NCBI GenBank assembly: GCA_001599295.1 | Contig: BCGN01000006.1 | Location: forward strand, 372,001 to 436,000 | Source: Sporopachydermia quercuum | Lineage: Eukaryota | Direction: 5' to 3' | DNA: 64,000 nt | Part shown: piece after piece, positions 61,077 to 64,000 of the stretch | Layout: the number at the start of each line of letters is the position of its first letter | Position numbering within the stretch: the stretch's first letter is position 1 | Notes under the pieces: generated by a model | What the model was told of the DNA's origin: nothing | The model's input: the letters and a program-made list of their open reading frames with translations, nothing else | Database searches by the model: none | Translations under genes and position numbers: made by a program

Positions 61077-64000
61077 ATGTCATATATTGGTGCTGTAGCC
61101 GTTGGGCATATCCCTGATACTGCGTTTACAAAAATCAGACCAGCACCTAGACCACCGGGATACAAGGGAAACATAATCGTTCAGAACTCTCAAGATGCAT
61201 CCAATACTGACGTACCGAGCACTTCACCCCAATCGAATGAGAGATTTTTAGAAGCAAACAAAGGAGACGTTTCACAAAGCCATCAAATCNGTCATTCAAA
61301 TAACTCATCGTCATCTTCAATTGGCAGTTCGGGTTTTGGTTTAGATTTTACAAATGCTACAAAACAGAAAGTTCGAAACTCCAATTCCTTTGATAGAACT
61401 GATAATGTTACAACGAGTAAACCAGTAGATTTACCAGCTTTGAGAACAAGTAATTTACCATCTTCGAGTGGCCCATCTTCGGCTGGTTCAAAAATGAAGA
61501 AAGAAGGATGGGTTTATATCAGAGACGAGAACTCATTACTGCCAACTTGGAATAAACGTTTCATGGTCCTGAAAGGGTCGGTTCTCTATTTGTTAAAACG
61601 TGAACCCTTTGACATAGAAGCTAGTGCTCTGTTTGTTCGCTGGGACGACAATGACTCCGAATTCTATCCTTCACCTCATTTTCAAGAATTGATCTCCGGT
61701 AGTATTCAGCTGAATACAGTGATAACTGCTTTCAGAATCGATAAATCATCAAAAAAGAAGAAATTCTCTTTCCAAATGAAGACCATCAAAAAGCCTGTCA
61801 CTGTTTCTTGCAATACAATGGAAGAAGTCGACGGGTGGATAAATGTGGTCAACTCAAAGTGCTCTGGGTCAACTGTATCTAATCCTTCGAACTTTAGGCA
61901 CGTAGCTCATGTGGGTTTCAACTCATCAACTAATCAATTTTCTGGATTACCAGAAAATATGGAGAAACTTCTGATAGGTTCAAATATTACTGAAGAAGAT
62001 ATGAAAGAAGATCCGAAAGCAGTTGAAGGTGCTCTCAGATTCTTCAACAATTATATTGAGAACGACAATAACATGGGAATGGTCAAAGTAACTGGTGATA
62101 GTACATTACCTACAAATGCTTCTTACACTATTCTCCAAAAAAAGAAGCCTGTAAACCATAACATAATTACCGCAACACCGATCACTCTCAATTCATCACC
62201 TTCTTATCTTGCGGCACCTCAAACTGTTGAACTAAAGAGACCATCTGTCCCGGGTGACAGGTCTCAAAAAACATTCTCGCAATCATCTTTTTTGAATTCA
62301 ACTGCACATACTATAAAATCTCCTGTTGATTTGACAGGTGCTTTTCCTTTCCTTACAAAGGCACCTTGCAAAGGTGGAAATGAAATGAAAAAAGTAACCA
62401 GTTTAAATCCCGGACCAAGACCAGTAAATACGAAGAATCATAGCCAAAGTCCGTTAATGAGGCAGCATCCTAACCAGTTTGCTGACGAAAGGAAAAATAT
62501 AGTAGCTGTTAGGCCGGCTCCTAGAGTACCTGATTTAGGTAAGTCAGCATTGCATCGGCAAGAGCACGGCACTTCCCCTATTAATAGATCGCAACAAAAT
62601 CAACATATGCAGGAACAGAGGATCAATCAAACCACCTACGCTAATCAATACTCTGGTGTGTATAGCCAAACCGCTAAAAATCCAGAAAGTAATCAAACCC
62701 AACATAAGGATCAATTGTCCTTAAAGATTTCAACAAATAATGATCAGCTATATTCTATGTCGAATCCTTACTTGAATTCCCCGTTCAATTCACCATCACC
62801 TGGGGAGAGTAAACCTAGTTTTGAATCCTTCAATGGTAAGGAAAACGTTTACTTACAACGTGAGCCTACAAAACCTCTGCAACCTCTTCGTATTGCACCT
62901 GCTGTGCCAGCTAGTCATTCGGTTACTCACCAAGGCTCGCCCAAAGAAGCATCACCTCTGGCTATTAGAAGGAATGATGCTGATAATGTCCCTTCTTATT
63001 CTCAGAATAATCAAACTCAAGCACTTAAAGTTCATACTGAAGTCAGCAGGACACCAGAAAATCAGACTAATAGAAAAGAAAGTAGTCGATCGGGGTCAAA
63101 TGATGCTAAAAATATGGCTAATCTACGTGCTTTAGTCAATAGGACTGTATTACCTCAAGATTTCTATCAGAGAAAGCAGAAAATTGGACAAGGTGCCTCT
63201 GGGTTAGTTTACGTGGCTGTGACGTTGAAACCTATTAGTATCAATAACACCAAATCTCATTTCAGAGTCGAGAAGCCTGTTGGATCAAAAGTGGCTATTA
63301 AACAAATGGACCTTAGCGCTCAGCCTCGCAAAGAACTTATAGTGAATGAAATTTCTGTAATGAAAGAAAGTCAGCATAAGAATATTGTCAATTTCTTGGA
63401 CTCATTTTTGGTACGAAATGAGAAAGAACTGTGGGTCATTATGGAATATATGGAAGGCGGGTCCTTGACAGATATCATTGAAAATAATCCACCATCTTCT
63501 ATCTCTGAAAGTCAAATGTCATATATCTGTAGAGAGACTGTTGAAGGATTGCGACATCTACATCATAACAATATTATTCATCGCGATATCAAATCCGATA
63601 ATGTTCTGTTAGACTCTAATGGAAATGTTAAGATAACAGATTTTGGTTTCTGCGCTAAATTAACAGGGCAAAGATCTAAGAGGGCTACAATGGTTGGAAC
63701 TCCTTACTGGATGGCACCTGAAGTTATTAGAAGGGACCAATATGATTCTAAAGTTGATGTTTGGTCTCTGGGCATTATGATTATAGAAATGATTCAATCT
63801 GAGCCTCCTTATCTCAACGAGGAACCTTTGAAGGCTTTATACATTATTGCAGCCAAAGGAACACCAAAGCTTGAAAAGCCAGAACTACTAAGTATGGCTC
63901 TAAAGTCGTTTTTGAGTATATGCTTGTGTGTTGATGTGAAATACAGAGCCTCAACTGATGATCTCATCAAACATGAGTTTTTGAGAAAAGCGTGTGATAG
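61077..64000 (+). CDS. CLA4: PAK-family kinase Cla4, 3'-partial
   Basis: The ATG at 61077 is in frame with FTKIRPAPRPP, a PH domain (KKEGWVYIRDE..WNKRFMVL), CRIB (VSNPSNFRHVAHVGF) and the kinase domain (KIGQGASGLVY, VAIKQM, HRDIKSDN, DFG, RATMVGTPYWMAPE). There is no stop before the window end. Confidence 0.95.
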   Translation, partial: MSYIGAVAVGHIPDTAFTKIRPAPRPPGYKGNIIVQNSQDASNTDVPSTSPQSNERFLEANKGDVSQSHQIXHSNNSSSSSIGSSGFGLDFTNATKQKVRNSNSFDRTDNVTTSKPVDLPALRTSNLPSSSGPSSAGSKMKKEGWVYIRDENSLLPTWNKRFMVLKGSVLYLLKREPFDIEASALFVRWDDNDSEFYPSPHFQELISGSIQLNTVITAFRIDKSSKKKKFSFQMKTIKKPVTVSCNTMEEVDGWINVVNSKCSGSTVSNPSNFRHVAHVGFNSSTNQFSGLPENMEKLLIGSNITEEDMKEDPKAVEGALRFFNNYIENDNNMGMVKVTGDSTLPTNASYTILQKKKPVNHNIITATPITLNSSPSYLAAPQTVELKRPSVPGDRSQKTFSQSSFLNSTAHTIKSPVDLTGAFPFLTKAPCKGGNEMKKVTSLNPGPRPVNTKNHSQSPLMRQHPNQFADERKNIVAVRPAPRVPDLGKSALHRQEHGTSPINRSQQNQHMQEQRINQTTYANQYSGVYSQTAKNPESNQTQHKDQLSLKISTNNDQLYSMSNPYLNSPFNSPSPGESKPSFESFNGKENVYLQREPTKPLQPLRIAPAVPASHSVTHQGSPKEASPLAIRRNDADNVPSYSQNNQTQALKVHTEVSRTPENQTNRKESSRSGSNDAKNMANLRALVNRTVLPQDFYQRKQKIGQGASGLVYVAVTLKPISINNTKSHFRVEKPVGSKVAIKQMDLSAQPRKELIVNEISVMKESQHKNIVNFLDSFLVRNEKELWVIMEYMEGGSLTDIIENNPPSSISESQMSYICRETVEGLRHLHHNNIIHRDIKSDNVLLDSNGNVKITDFGFCAKLTGQRSKRATMVGTPYWMAPEVIRRDQYDSKVDVWSLGIMIIEMIQSEPPYLNEEPLKALYIIAAKGTPKLEKPELLSMALKSFLSICLCVDVKYRASTDDLIKHEFLRKACD

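Noticed and set aside
1..64000. tRNA, rRNA or CRISPR arrays
   Set aside because: No cloverleaf with A/B boxes, no rRNA-like tract and no repeat-spacer array were seen by eye; the context is eukaryotic.

Overview
AT-rich nuclear DNA from an intron-rich budding yeast (Saccharomycotina). CTG is read as Leu at conserved positions. The window holds 19 recognisable protein genes: MRL1 (partial), TEF1, YPT7, PHO80, GDH2, ATG2, RHB1, NPR2, a YBR287W/PILS-like transporter, MRPL37, NUP82, SDH8, BNA3, YHC3/BTN1, BIT61, MON1, RRP6, an IZH1/2-type PAQR gene and CLA4 (runs off the end, missed by the ORF track). I reconstructed 18 complete spliceosomal introns by hand. The main discovery is the ~10.7 kb gene-free interval 50384-61076, where the ORF track shows only short, unannotated ORFs. 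It is a graveyard of heavily decayed Ty1/copia (Ty5-like) retrotransposons: integrase, RT and RNase H motifs in order, gag/zinc-knuckle relics, and an LTR-end/half-tRNA-PBS-like junction. It sits next to RRP6 and IZH, and YPT7 and PHO80 lie in the same window. These are the genes that flank S. cerevisiae CEN13/CEN15, so the interval is a strong candidate for a retrotransposon-associated centromere at a locus syntenic with the ancestral point centromere. All homology calls are from memory of the families, not from searches.
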